Source of the DNA: Candidatus Micrarchaeota archaeon
GTDB lineage: Archaea; Micrarchaeota; Micrarchaeia; Anstonellales; Bilamarchaeaceae
DNA length: 64,000 nt
Reading direction: 5' to 3'
Assembly (NCBI GenBank): GCA_016932815.1
Contig: JAFGCC010000015.1
Span: 1,402 to 65,401, forward strand
Part shown: piece by piece, positions 1-9,230 of the stretch
Position numbering within the stretch: position 1 is the first letter of the stretch
How the letters are laid out: each line of letters begins with the position of its first letter
Translations under genes and position numbers: made by a program
The notes under the pieces: generated by a model
What the model was told of the DNA's origin: nothing
The model's input: only the letters and a program-made list of their open reading frames with translations
Database searches by the model: none

Positions 1-147
1 GTCTGCTGGCACCCTCTCAAGCGCCATCACAGAAACCGCGCCGGCAGTTTCTGCAACCTTTGCCTGCTCCGGGGTAACGACATCCATTATTACCCCTCCC
101 TTCAACATTTGCGCAAGCCCGCTCTTGAGCTTAAAATCAGGTTCCAT
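1..147 (-). CDS. pdxS: Pyridoxal 5'-phosphate synthase lyase subunit PdxS, N-terminal 49 codons (gene runs off the window start)
   Basis: Reverse-strand translation from the ATG at 147-145 gives [49 protein letters not shown]. This matches the conserved PdxS/SNZ N-terminus ([14 protein letters not shown]...[10 protein letters not shown]). It is absent from the ORF track because the window edge cuts it. Confidence 0.85.
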   Translation of the reverse strand, partial: MEPDFKLKSGLAQMLKGGVIMDVVTPEQAKVAETAGAVSVMALERVPAD

Positions 148-215
148 GTTAATTATTCATGTAGTAGAAATCTTTATTTAGGTATTCTTAGTAAGGAAGG
201 TTCAGGTGAAACCAA

Positions 216-1604
216 ATGCCCTCTCCGGAAGATGTTTTTGAATACATAACCTCGAACAACATGAGGTGGGTGGACCTCCAGTTCTCGGATGTTGAAGGAA
301 GGACCCACAGGACGACCATAAACGCACGCGAAGTAAGCGAAGCATCATTTACAAAGGGAATCTACTGCGGCGACCTAAAGGAGATATTCGGCTGGGCCGA
401 AGCAGGCGAGCTCGTCCTCCTCCCAGACCCAGACACTTTCGGCCGCGTGCCCTGGGAGCCCTCAACCCTCCGCATGCTCTGCAATGTAGTCGTTGCGGAA
501 ACAGGCGAGCGCTTCCTTAAAGATTCGCGCTACGTACCAGAGAGGGCGCACGTTAATTCCAGCGCAATGGGATTCACCGATGCAACCGTTTCCTCGCAGA
601 TTGAGTTCTACGTCCTAGACAACGTGACCGTGGACAAGGTAACCCCCCAGAGGGGCCCCAACTGCCTAATAGAGTCCCGCGAAGCCCCCTGGTCTCCGTC
701 TCCCCTGTGGAATTCCACAAGCGGAGCCTACCTCGCCCAGCCCTATGATACCCTATATAGCGCAAGGGTGCAGGTTTCCGAAGTAATTGAGGATAGCTTC
801 CGCTACATAGTGACCAACCACTTCCACGGCCGCTCCGGAAGCGGGCAGCAGAGCCTGACTCTCGCCCCCCTGTCCCTGAAGACCGCCGCGGACGCGGTAA
901 CGACAACCAAGTTCGTGGCAAGGAACCTCGCAATGATTGCGAACTCCATGTGCACGTTCATGGGCCTTCCCATCTCAAATGAGAGGGGCAACTCTCTCCT
1001 AGCAGGAATGACTCTCTGGAAAAAAGACGAGAACGCCTTCTACGACTCAACCGACAAGTACGCCCAGCTCTCCCAGACCGGGCGCTACTTCATAGGGGGG
1101 CTCTTAGAGCATGCCCCCGCGCTCATGGTCTTTACCAACCCCAACACCAATTCGTACAAGCGCCTGAGCATGGACCCGCGCTACATCGCATGGGGAAAGA
1201 GGAACTCCTCCGCAGTAGTGCGCGTTGAAAACGAAATCCGCAACGACCGCCGCGCAAAGAAAATAGTGTTCAACCTCGCAGACCCCTCCGCCAACCCGTA
1301 TCTCGCATACGGGGTAATAATGGCCGCGGGCCTAGATGGCATAAAGAAGAAGGCGGACCCGGGCAAGGCAATAGACGAGGACTTAACCCCGATGGACGAA
1401 GACGAGATGAAGAAGCTGGGAGCAAAGATGCTCCCCTCAAACATCCTAGAGGCAATTGCGGCCCTAGAGAGCGACAACAAATTCCTAAAGGGCGTAATCT
1501 CTTCTGACATCCTGGAGACCTACCTGGAAGACAAGATTGAGGAGCACCGCGAGCAGAGTGCACGGCCAACTGCCTACGAGTTTGAGAAGTACTTCAACCT
1601 CTGA
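216..1604 (+). CDS. glnA: Glutamine synthetase type I family protein (divergent; catalytic motifs look degenerate)
   Basis: 462 aa. GS-family signatures are present: N-terminal beta-grasp (VDLQFSDVEGRTHRTT), QIEFYVLD, NPNTNSYKRL, AWGKRNSSAVVRV and ADPSANPYLAYGVIMAAGLDGI. An AGGTGA RBS lies 6 nt upstream of ATG 216. See the finding on the lost FDGSS and KP..NGSGMH motifs. Confidence 0.8.
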   Translation: MPSPEDVFEYITSNNMRWVDLQFSDVEGRTHRTTINAREVSEASFTKGIYCGDLKEIFGWAEAGELVLLPDPDTFGRVPWEPSTLRMLCNVVVAETGERFLKDSRYVPERAHVNSSAMGFTDATVSSQIEFYVLDNVTVDKVTPQRGPNCLIESREAPWSPSPLWNSTSGAYLAQPYDTLYSARVQVSEVIEDSFRYIVTNHFHGRSGSGQQSLTLAPLSLKTAADAVTTTKFVARNLAMIANSMCTFMGLPISNERGNSLLAGMTLWKKDENAFYDSTDKYAQLSQTGRYFIGGLLEHAPALMVFTNPNTNSYKRLSMDPRYIAWGKRNSSAVVRVENEIRNDRRAKKIVFNLADPSANPYLAYGVIMAAGLDGIKKKADPGKAIDEDLTPMDEDEMKKLGAKMLPSNILEAIAALESDNKFLKGVISSDILETYLEDKIEEHREQSARPTAYEFEKYFNL

Positions 1605-1728
1605 AGGGGAATCCGTTCCCCCTTCCTTCTTTTTCCCTTCCCATGAGCCTTTAGGCTCCATGCCTCCACTCACAGCCTTCTTCATGCGTACGGAGCAGTT
1701 TATTGCAAGAAGTGGAACTAAAAATAGA

Positions 1729-1736
1729 TTTATAAA
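1729..1736 (+). promoter_or_regulatory. TATA-like box (TTTATAAA) upstream of the MoxR-VWA-HEAT operon
   Basis: TTTATAAA is centred about 29 nt upstream of ATG 1761, with no Shine-Dalgarno in between. This fits an archaeal leaderless promoter. It lies in the 156-nt gap after the glnA-like gene. Confidence 0.4.
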
Positions 1737-1760
1737 CATATCTCCACCCGATTTAACACC

Positions 1761-2876
1761 ATGACTAGAGCAAGATTCATCTCCCTCCCGGCTCTTCCGA
1801 GGGAGCTTGATGGGCACGTTAGGACCCCCAAAGGAGTTTACACTCCAGGAAAGGAGATGATAAGCAGGATTCTCGATGGCCACCGCCCGGGCAGGCCAGA
1901 AGCAATAATCGGCCAGGAAGGAACCCTCCAGAGATTTGCAGTAGCACAGAAGCTCCAGCGCCCAATCCTCCTTGCAGGCCCCACAGGCCCCGGTAAATCC
2001 CTGCTTGCGCGCGTATTTGCACAGAGGCAGGAAATGCCCCTAATCCAGCTCCAGCTCAATTCGGACACCACAGAAGCAAAGCTAAAAGGATACCTCTCCA
2101 ACCAGGTATTCGTAATTGAGCTGGGAAATTCCATCCAGAGCATCAAGGCAAACGTATTTGCACCCTCCCCGCTTGCAATTGCGGCTATGGCAGGCGAGCC
2201 GGTAGTCCTCTTCCTAGATGAACTGCACAAGATGCGAGAAGGCGTAAGCTCCATAATCCACCCGCTTGTAAACAAGAAGGAGCGTGCCCTCACGATGATT
2301 GAGCTAACGGGCGAAACTTACCGCCTCCACCCGGAAACCGTGGTAATCTGCGCCCTAAACAACCAGGCCAACTACGGCTCGGGCTTTGAACGCATAGACC
2401 CGGCCCTGAGGAGGAGGTTTGCGCCCACGATTTTCCTTGACCTCACAGAAGATGCAGGAGAATTTGCAAGCATAGTGGATGCCAACATCTCCGAAGCGAA
2501 TGCCGTTGCCGGGAAAATCCCGCTTCCAGAAGGCGGAGCACCCCCCAATTTCGATGCGATAAAGGCCGGCATAATCTCCGCGGTCTGCGACTTCAACAAG
2601 ATGAAGGGCACTCACATGCGCGCAAGGGAAGGGGACATCTCCGACCAGGTCGTTTTCGAAGGCGGGCTTGACGAAGAGGCCGTAGAAGGGGTAATAGAAA
2701 AAATCACCCCGGATTCGGTCATTGCCGCCCTTGAGTTCATACAACTGGGAGTCGATGTGCGCACCGCAGTAGAAGAGTGCATAGTAAACCCCATAGTGCG
2801 CCAGTTTGGCGCAACCGTGACCTCGCTGATAAGCTTCTTCGAAGGCAAGAAGGCATTTGGCGACCAGGGCAACTAG
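1761..2876 (+). CDS. MoxR/AAA_5-type AAA+ ATPase (CbbQ/NorQ/GvpN-like)
   Basis: 371 aa. Walker A is LLAGPTGPGKSLLARVF (1977-2000). Walker B is VVLFLDELHKM. Sensor-1 is VVICALNN. DPALRRRF is the typical MoxR/AAA_5 Arg motif. The VWA gene follows directly. Confidence 0.85.
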   Translation: MTRARFISLPALPRELDGHVRTPKGVYTPGKEMISRILDGHRPGRPEAIIGQEGTLQRFAVAQKLQRPILLAGPTGPGKSLLARVFAQRQEMPLIQLQLNSDTTEAKLKGYLSNQVFVIELGNSIQSIKANVFAPSPLAIAAMAGEPVVLFLDELHKMREGVSSIIHPLVNKKERALTMIELTGETYRLHPETVVICALNNQANYGSGFERIDPALRRRFAPTIFLDLTEDAGEFASIVDANISEANAVAGKIPLPEGGAPPNFDAIKAGIISAVCDFNKMKGTHMRAREGDISDQVVFEGGLDEEAVEGVIEKITPDSVIAALEFIQLGVDVRTAVEECIVNPIVRQFGATVTSLISFFEGKKAFGDQGN

Positions 2877-2883
2877 CTTCTAG

Positions 2884-5130
2884 GTGGTGCCAATCGCCCA
2901 AAAGCCCAGGGAGCCGGGGCACTCAAAGCCCCCCACCCCACAACGGAAACAATTCCCAAAAGTGCGGCCCCTAGACGAATCCAATCCCATAAACAGGAAC
3001 CCCCGCCTGCTAAGCCACAGCGAGAAGAAGGCGTTCTACATCCAGGAATGCACTTACGAGGCGCACAGGAACGAGTGCCACCTTACCATGAGCTACCTCG
3101 AATTGCCGGAAGTGGCGGATGCCCTAAACCGCGCAACCCTTGAGCAGCTAATAGACCTCCTAGGATGCTTAGAGGTGCTAAAAGACGACAACCTCGCCCA
3201 CCTCATAGTTGCCGCATTCGAAGAATACGTTGACCGCAGGATTCTCTGGTACCCCTTTGTTGCAAAAGACGTTGCCCCTTATGTCGCAAACGACGGAATG
3301 ACAACCCTCTTATACATGGAATCGGACGAGAAATTCCGCTCGTATGTGGAGCGCTTCGAAAAGCACGCAGTAACCCTGCTCGAAGCCGAAACCAGGCTTG
3401 GCCTTAGTGCGATGCTGAGGATGTTTTCCGGCCGGCCGCTTTTTATCTCACCTTCACCCACTTCGGGGTTCTCGACAACCCCGGATGGGGCAGTAAACCT
3501 CCCCCAGGTTTACATGGCGCATGATGACAAAACCGCAAACCTAGAAGGGTACAAGCGCTCAAGCCTGCATGAGCAGTCCCACCACAAATACAATTCCTTT
3601 AGGGTTAACCTGCACCCGGACGTTTTCGATTATGCGGCAATCGGCCTAGAATTCGTGCGCATGGGAGAAGACGGCAAAATCCTAATCATAAAGAAAGAGG
3701 AAAAGGAATACGAAGTAAGCAAGACCGAGCACATAGTGGCCCTCTGCGAAAAGCCCGGGCTCCTAAAGCACCTCTGGAACGTCCTCGATGACCGCAGGGT
3801 GGACACCCAGCACACTTCAAGCTATCCCGGCCACGCCCCACTATACGAGCGCGACCACGAGCGGATTCTCGCTTCCGATATCCGCAAGGAAATAACCGAC
3901 GATGCTGCGGGCATGCACGAAGCCTTCCTGCAGGTAATCCTCTGCGGAAAGACGAAAAGCCCCATCCCGCCCGAAGTCAACAAGAAGCTGGAGCCCGTAT
4001 GGGAGCTTGCAGGCAGGCAGAACCTCAACGCCCCGGATGCAACAGACTGCTTCCATATCGCAATCCAGATGTGCAAATATTTCCCAGATGATATCCCAGA
4101 AAACCAGGAATACAAGGGCGGCTCCGGGACCAAGACCACCGACGTGTCCGATGGGCAGACGGTAATAGAGGCGCCTCCCGAAGTAGGGGGCAAGAACGAT
4201 GAGGGAGAGCCCAAGCCCAAACCCAAGCCCGGAGATGGCAATGAGGGCAAGCCCTCAAAGGATTTCAAGTACGATGCCAACACTCCCGGAGGAAAAATCC
4301 GCGGAGGCTGGCAGGTAAAGGAAGTGCCCCCGAAATCCTGGGAGCCGGTTTCGGTTCCCCCAAGGATTTCTTCTGCCATAAACCGCGTCTTCCGCTTATT
4401 CAGGAAAGATGAGAATGCACTAATGCGCCCACTCGATTCCGGGGACCCGGACATAGAGTTGCTTGAAGAGCACAACAGGATGGAGGAAGCGGGGATAATC
4501 CTGCCTCCCGACTATTATTCGGGTGTGGACCACACAAGCCGCAGCGTATGGCTAACCCTCCTAGTAGACCTCTCAGGAAGCATGGGCGAAGCCACGGACA
4601 AAGAGAGCAAGCTCGGCCGCGCCCTCTCAGCCGCAAAGGGAATAGAAGACGGCGCCGCCATGCTCAAAGACGATGTTCTTACCTTAGGCTTTGGGGGGCA
4701 CAACCCAACCGAAATATGCATAGTCGGCTGCCCTGGAAAGCCAATCCGCGCACCCATCGGAGTCACAGGCTCCACCCCACTTGGAGGCGCAATAAGGCAC
4801 GCGCACGCGCGCACAGAAGAAGCGCGCAGGGCAAAGGCCAAGAAGGTTGCCCACATGATTGTTTTGACCGATGGCCAGCCGAACGTGTGCCCAGGCGATG
4901 ACCCCACCTACGATTCAATGAAGGCGGTCTCCGATTCGCGCAAGAGCGGAATCCCGGTATTCGGCATAATATTTGTGGGCAACGAGGAAGAGGAGGCACG
5001 GTACAGGGAAACCTACAACAAGATTTTCGGCTTCGGCAACTACGTTGTGCTCCGCGATGCGGAATCGCTTGCGCGCATCCTAAAGAAATACTACCAGAAG
5101 AACTTGCTTTTGCAGGGGGAAGTTCCATGA
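2884..5130 (+). CDS. VWA-domain protein with an N-terminal HExxH motif (DUF2201-like putative metallopeptidase plus VWA); MoxR partner
   Basis: 748 aa from GTG 2884; an alternative start is ATG 3088 (MSYLELPEV). HExxH is LHEQSHH at 3568-3582. The middle linker is low-complexity and Pro/Lys/Gly-rich (GEPKPKPKPGDGNEGKP). The C-terminal VWA domain has MIDAS residues: LLVDLSGSMG (DxSxS at 4567-4581), TGSTPLGGAI and MIVLTDGQPN. Its stop overlaps the start of the first HEAT gene (ATGA at 5127-5130). Confidence 0.8.
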   Translation: MVPIAQKPREPGHSKPPTPQRKQFPKVRPLDESNPINRNPRLLSHSEKKAFYIQECTYEAHRNECHLTMSYLELPEVADALNRATLEQLIDLLGCLEVLKDDNLAHLIVAAFEEYVDRRILWYPFVAKDVAPYVANDGMTTLLYMESDEKFRSYVERFEKHAVTLLEAETRLGLSAMLRMFSGRPLFISPSPTSGFSTTPDGAVNLPQVYMAHDDKTANLEGYKRSSLHEQSHHKYNSFRVNLHPDVFDYAAIGLEFVRMGEDGKILIIKKEEKEYEVSKTEHIVALCEKPGLLKHLWNVLDDRRVDTQHTSSYPGHAPLYERDHERILASDIRKEITDDAAGMHEAFLQVILCGKTKSPIPPEVNKKLEPVWELAGRQNLNAPDATDCFHIAIQMCKYFPDDIPENQEYKGGSGTKTTDVSDGQTVIEAPPEVGGKNDEGEPKPKPKPGDGNEGKPSKDFKYDANTPGGKIRGGWQVKEVPPKSWEPVSVPPRISSAINRVFRLFRKDENALMRPLDSGDPDIELLEEHNRMEEAGIILPPDYYSGVDHTSRSVWLTLLVDLSGSMGEATDKESKLGRALSAAKGIEDGAAMLKDDVLTLGFGGHNPTEICIVGCPGKPIRAPIGVTGSTPLGGAIRHAHARTEEARRAKAKKVAHMIVLTDGQPNVCPGDDPTYDSMKAVSDSRKSGIPVFGIIFVGNEEEEARYRETYNKIFGFGNYVVLRDAESLARILKKYYQKNLLLQGEVP

Positions 5131-5813
5131 AGAACCCCATTTCGTATTTCAGGGAGTTGCTCCTCTCTTTCAGGCTGAAGGTGCTAGAGCGCGACCTGAT
5201 GCTGGCAGATGCAGGATACCAAATGCCTGGCTCCCGGATAACAAAGCAGATAAATTCCATAGGTGCCCCTGCAATTGAACTGCTCTCAAGGCGCCTAAAG
5301 AGCAAAGAGAAAATAACGCGGGGCAACGCATCATTCTTTTTAGGCAAAATCTTCAATCCGCTTGCCGTGCCGGCTTTCATTGATGCATTGAATCCGGAAG
5401 ACAGCGAAGTGCGGATTTCCGTTGCGGTTTCCCTGATGGTGCGGGATGATGCGCGTGCCGTGCGCCCGCTAATAATCTCCGCTATATATGACTGCGACAA
5501 AAAAGTCAGGCAATGGTCCAGGGCAGCACTTGAGAGGACTACGCCTTCGGGCCCTGGGGATTTGCGCTTCCTCCAAAAACACATCCGGATTTATGCAGGG
5601 GATGAGGGGCAGCCTGCGGATGCGGTACGGCGCGAATTAAACGAACTTGGGAAGCTCTATGTTTTCATGGCTGCCATGCTCACAGACAAAGGCAGGCAGG
5701 AATACGAGGGGATGCGCAAGCCCCCGCGCACTTTCAGGAGGCGCCATAATCAGGCGGGCCGCCATTCTTCGGCACTAAAAATGAAGGCGGCAATCGGAGG
5801 TGCGCGAGCATGA
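5127..5813 (+). CDS. HEAT-repeat paralog 1 of 12 (short form, MKNP-type N-terminus)
   Basis: 228 aa. HEAT/PBS-lyase-like repeats include AVPAFIDALNPEDSEVRISVAVSL and AVRPLIISAIYDCDKKVRQWSRAAL. The shared C-terminal module is GDLRFLQKHI...MRKPPRTFRRR...LKMKAAIGGARA. ATGA overlaps occur at both ends. Confidence 0.85.
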   Translation: MKNPISYFRELLLSFRLKVLERDLMLADAGYQMPGSRITKQINSIGAPAIELLSRRLKSKEKITRGNASFFLGKIFNPLAVPAFIDALNPEDSEVRISVAVSLMVRDDARAVRPLIISAIYDCDKKVRQWSRAALERTTPSGPGDLRFLQKHIRIYAGDEGQPADAVRRELNELGKLYVFMAAMLTDKGRQEYEGMRKPPRTFRRRHNQAGRHSSALKMKAAIGGARA

Positions 5814-7333
5814 TGAATCCCCTAACTGCGCTAAAGATCCGCCGTTTTATCGGGGAGTTCGTTCAGGATAAGGAGCACGCGGAAATCGCAATCGAAGGCC
5901 TGGCACTAATAGGGGAGCCCGCAATCCCCGCACTCCTCAACGCGATTGAAACCGGCGACCACTCGCTAAAGGCCCACTCCATGCGGGCGCTTGGGGAAAT
6001 GGGCAGTTCCGCAGTGTCCGCCGTCCCCGCCCTGCTCAAGGAAGCAAACGACAAGGAGAGCGAAGAGAGGTACAATGCGATAGAAGCCCTTGGGAAAATA
6101 GGAAGCCCTTTGGCATTGGATACGCTTTCTGCCGCGCTAAAGGAAGGGAACTCGCGTATAATAACCAAAGCCGCTGCCCATGCACTGCAGAACATGGGCG
6201 CTTGCGCATCCAATCACCTACTTCCAATAGCCCTAAGTGAAGAATATGCGGCAGGGGAAGCCGGGAAGCTGGCAGCAGAAAGCCTCAGGGACGCAAGAGA
6301 TTCGTCCCTTGCCCCAAAACTCATAGGCGCAATGGAGAGCCACAATCCGCATGTCCGCGCAAACGCCGCCAAAGCCCTTGGGGGAATGGATTTCCCAACC
6401 GTGCCCCTTGCACTCGCCGTTGTGCTAAAAGACGAATCGCCAATAGTCAGGGCGGAAGCGGCAGCGGCATTTGGGGAATTGAGGGTTCCCCCTCCGGAAA
6501 TCGCCCCATTGATTACCGCCCTAAATGACCCTGTTGCCAAAGTGCGCAAAAACGCTGCCTGGGCCTTGGGAGAATTAGGCGATTCCCGTGCAGACAGCCC
6601 GCTTATTGGCGCCCTCAAAGACGAGGACGCGGAAGTAGTGCTCGCTTGCTGCGATGCTTTGGCGAAGCTAGTGAGCAGTAAGGCAGTGCCGCATCTATCA
6701 AAACTGCTAAATGGCGCAAACACGAAGTTCAGGGATGACGCAGCGTACGCGCTAAAAGAAATCGGGGAGCCTGCTGCCAAAACGTTCGTTGCGGCCCTAA
6801 AGGACGGCAATGAGGAATTGAGGGCAATATCTGCGGAGGCACTTGGGAAGATAGGCTGCCATTATGGGCTTTCTGCCCTGGTCAATTCCCTTTATGATGA
6901 TAGCCCCAAAGTGAGGGCCGCAGCAGCAGAAGCATTGGGGAAAATAAACTCGGTTAATTCCTTTGGGAAAAAAGCGAATTCCGCAATACCGAGGCTAATA
7001 GACTTGCTGCTTGATGGGGATGAAGATGTAGTAGTCCATTCCGCACACACCCTCTCCGGGCTGGTTCCGGAAAACGTGCAGCAGCTGCATTCGCTGCGCA
7101 AAGCGATGATTATAATGAGTAAAACCAGGGATTGGAACGGGGAGAAAAAGGGCGAGATGCATTTCTTTGCGCAGATTTACCGGCGATGGGCAGGTCGCCT
7201 CGCAGGAACGAGCGCGCAAGAGCACAAAGGGATGCAGGCACCTCCTGCGAGGTTCAGGAAGCTTCCGGGCAAACCCGGAATGAACAGCGCAGCAGGAGCG
7301 AGGAAGCTTGCAATCGGAGGCGCAAAGAGATGA
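5810..7333 (+). CDS. HEAT-repeat paralog 2 of 12 (long form)
   Basis: 507 aa. It contains many repeats of the type AVPALLKEANDKESEERYNAIEALGKIGSP and DESPIVRAEAAAAFGEL. The tail is QQLHSLRKAM...IYRRWAGRL...HKGMQAPPARFRKLPGKPGMNSAAGARKLAIGGAKR. It is full-length similar to paralog 5. Confidence 0.88.
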   Translation: MMNPLTALKIRRFIGEFVQDKEHAEIAIEGLALIGEPAIPALLNAIETGDHSLKAHSMRALGEMGSSAVSAVPALLKEANDKESEERYNAIEALGKIGSPLALDTLSAALKEGNSRIITKAAAHALQNMGACASNHLLPIALSEEYAAGEAGKLAAESLRDARDSSLAPKLIGAMESHNPHVRANAAKALGGMDFPTVPLALAVVLKDESPIVRAEAAAAFGELRVPPPEIAPLITALNDPVAKVRKNAAWALGELGDSRADSPLIGALKDEDAEVVLACCDALAKLVSSKAVPHLSKLLNGANTKFRDDAAYALKEIGEPAAKTFVAALKDGNEELRAISAEALGKIGCHYGLSALVNSLYDDSPKVRAAAAEALGKINSVNSFGKKANSAIPRLIDLLLDGDEDVVVHSAHTLSGLVPENVQQLHSLRKAMIIMSKTRDWNGEKKGEMHFFAQIYRRWAGRLAGTSAQEHKGMQAPPARFRKLPGKPGMNSAAGARKLAIGGAKR

Positions 7334-8505
7334 GTGGGGAGGAGCAGTTTGACAAGCTGGTTTCAGAACTAAACTCCGGGGACCTAATAAAGGCAGTGCT
7401 TGCAGCACACAGGCTCTCCGACCTAAAAGACGAGCGGGCAATACCTCATCTTATCTGTGCGATAATGGGGGGAAACAGTATGCTGCACACGGATGCAGCC
7501 CGTGCCCTAGGAACATTCGGCAAGCCCGCAATCGCTATGCTAGCCGAAATTCTCGAAGACCATGATGCCAGGGCAGCCCATGAAGCCGCAAAAGCCCTAG
7601 TGGAAATTGGGAACCGCGAATCGCTTCCCGCCCTATGCAAAATCGCTCTGGGAAACTGGGACCCGGCAATTAGGATACCGGCTACCCATGTCCTTGGGGA
7701 GATTAGGGACATCTCCGCAGTACCGACCCTTTTTGCGATAATGGACCTAGAAAGGGAAAGGGAGGGAAGGCCCGCAATAACAATGCGCGATGTGGAACTA
7801 GGCGAGCAAAGCCAAACCGCGCTCAATTCCCTGACACTAATTGCAAACGACCATCCCTATGAACTAGCGGCATACCTGGGGAAAGCCGAAACCTCATTTG
7901 AGAACAAAAAAAGCATACTCCCTCTCTTGGGAACCTACTGCAGGAAGGCTCCAAAGGAACTCCTAGGCTGCCTTGCAAATAATGATAAGGGCTTCAAGCT
8001 AATTGCCGCAAATTCAATTTTGGCAATTGCGGATCCTTCTTCGCTTGATTCTATGCTTGAGCTATTTGAGGCGCACAAGGAAGGAAAAGAAAGGGACGAC
8101 CTGCGCCTGCTTAATGTGTCAGCGCATTTTGTTGGGCGCATAAAAGGCCTGCAAGCATTCTCGTATTTCGCAGGGCACCTGGATAAACCCGGCTGCACTT
8201 TCAAGAATTCCATATTGGCGGGCATATCCGAATTCGACCCCTCGCCATCAGACCTTAGGCCGCTCCAGCGTGAGATAACGAGGCTCCTGTCCGTAGATGG
8301 AGAAGGGAGGGAGGGTGCGCGCAGGGACGCTTGGGATATGGAGCGCATATATTCAAAGTGGCTCTCCCGCCTTAAGTTGAAATGCAACCTCGAACATACC
8401 GGTTTGCAGGAACCGCCAAGAAGGTTCAGGACCCCTCCAAAGGCGCTTAGGAGGCACAATTTTGCGGAGCAGAGGAAACTTGCAATAGGAGGCGCAGGAA
8501 GATGA
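7330..8505 (+). CDS. HEAT-repeat paralog 3 of 12
   Basis: 391 aa, counting from ATG 7330 (MSGEEQFDKLVSELNSGD). That ATG overlaps the stop of paralog 2 (ATGA) and lies 9 nt after a GGAGG. The track ORF start at 7132 is read-through of the upstream tail in another frame. The tail is SDLRPLQREI...IYSKWLSRL...HTGLQEPPRRFRTPPKALRRHNFAEQRKLAIGGAGR. Confidence 0.85.
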   Translation: MSGEEQFDKLVSELNSGDLIKAVLAAHRLSDLKDERAIPHLICAIMGGNSMLHTDAARALGTFGKPAIAMLAEILEDHDARAAHEAAKALVEIGNRESLPALCKIALGNWDPAIRIPATHVLGEIRDISAVPTLFAIMDLEREREGRPAITMRDVELGEQSQTALNSLTLIANDHPYELAAYLGKAETSFENKKSILPLLGTYCRKAPKELLGCLANNDKGFKLIAANSILAIADPSSLDSMLELFEAHKEGKERDDLRLLNVSAHFVGRIKGLQAFSYFAGHLDKPGCTFKNSILAGISEFDPSPSDLRPLQREITRLLSVDGEGREGARRDAWDMERIYSKWLSRLKLKCNLEHTGLQEPPRRFRTPPKALRRHNFAEQRKLAIGGAGR

Positions 8506-9230
8506 AAAACCCCCTGCTCACCCTAAGGATTCATTCTCTTATGCGCAGCCTCCACCGCGAAGGCAATATCGAGCAGCAGATAAATTCGTTATCCGAAATA
8601 GGCGAGCCGGCAGCCCCTTATCTGGTCAGGGCGCTCGGGGACTCGGGAAGATTGGGAGAGAACGCGGTTCGCATATTCCTTGCCATGGGAGAGCCCGCAC
8701 TTCCGCATCTTGGCGAAGCCCTAAAAAGCGAAAAATCCGAAATCCGCTATAATGCGATTCGCGCCTTAGTAAAAATTGGGATTCCGGCAATCCCGCATTT
8801 AATCCATGCAAGCTGCCGCGGTCCATCCATAGGTGCGCGCGCAGATGCTGCGGATGCGCTAGTGGGAATGGGCGAAGCGGCCCTCCCGCAACTTCTTGCT
8901 TCTTTGGAAGATAGCTGGCTCGCAAGGGAAATTCTACCTGGGAGGGTGCTAAAAGACATAGAACCTTCCTCTCCCAACAGCCTGCGCCTGCTTGGAAACT
9001 CCATCCGTTTCTTAAAAGGGGAGCAGCTCAAAAAGAGGGCCGGGCAGCCGGATTTGGATTCCCTCATGGAAGTATATTCCAATTGGGTTTCCCAGCTTGG
9101 AAAGAAAGCAGAGGTGGAACATAGAACGTTGCAGCGGCCTCCCCCAAGGTTCAGGAATCCCATAGGCAGGAAGGCAAGGAACAATTCGGCAGGGAAAATG
9201 AAAGCCGCAATAGGAGGCGCAAAGCCATGA
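8502..9230 (+). CDS. HEAT-repeat paralog 4 of 12 (short form, MKNP-type N-terminus)
   Basis: 242 aa. It begins MKNPLLTLRIHSLMRSL...QINSLSEIGEPAAPYLVRAL, resembling paralog 1. The tail is NSLRLLGNSI...VYSNWVSQL...HRTLQRPPPRFRNPIGRKARNNSAGKMKAAIGGAKP. Confidence 0.87.
   Translation: MKNPLLTLRIHSLMRSLHREGNIEQQINSLSEIGEPAAPYLVRALGDSGRLGENAVRIFLAMGEPALPHLGEALKSEKSEIRYNAIRALVKIGIPAIPHLIHASCRGPSIGARADAADALVGMGEAALPQLLASLEDSWLAREILPGRVLKDIEPSSPNSLRLLGNSIRFLKGEQLKKRAGQPDLDSLMEVYSNWVSQLGKKAEVEHRTLQRPPPRFRNPIGRKARNNSAGKMKAAIGGAKP

Noticed and set aside
5790-5813. C-terminal ...AIGGAxx* as a ubiquitin/SAMP-like di-glycine processing or conjugation site on the HEAT proteins
   Set aside because: The conserved element is the nucleotide string GGAGG. 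It occurs in three different codon phases, encoding GG, GR/WR or ME. It is missing from the last paralog, which has no downstream cistron. It is the RBS of the next gene, not a peptide signal.
7132-7329. Long N-terminal extensions given by the ORF track for HEAT paralogs 3, 6, 8, 9 and 12 (starts 7132, 10555, 13613, 14698, 17418)
   Set aside because: The extensions are alternative-frame read-through of the upstream paralog's tail and are Arg/Glu/Gly-rich nonsense. In each case an ATG that overlaps or abuts the upstream stop, 3-9 nt after a GGAGG-type RBS, gives an N-terminus homologous to the other paralogs (MSGEEQ.., MNEEER.., MSTHTE.., MGRGEI.., MGEEGK..).
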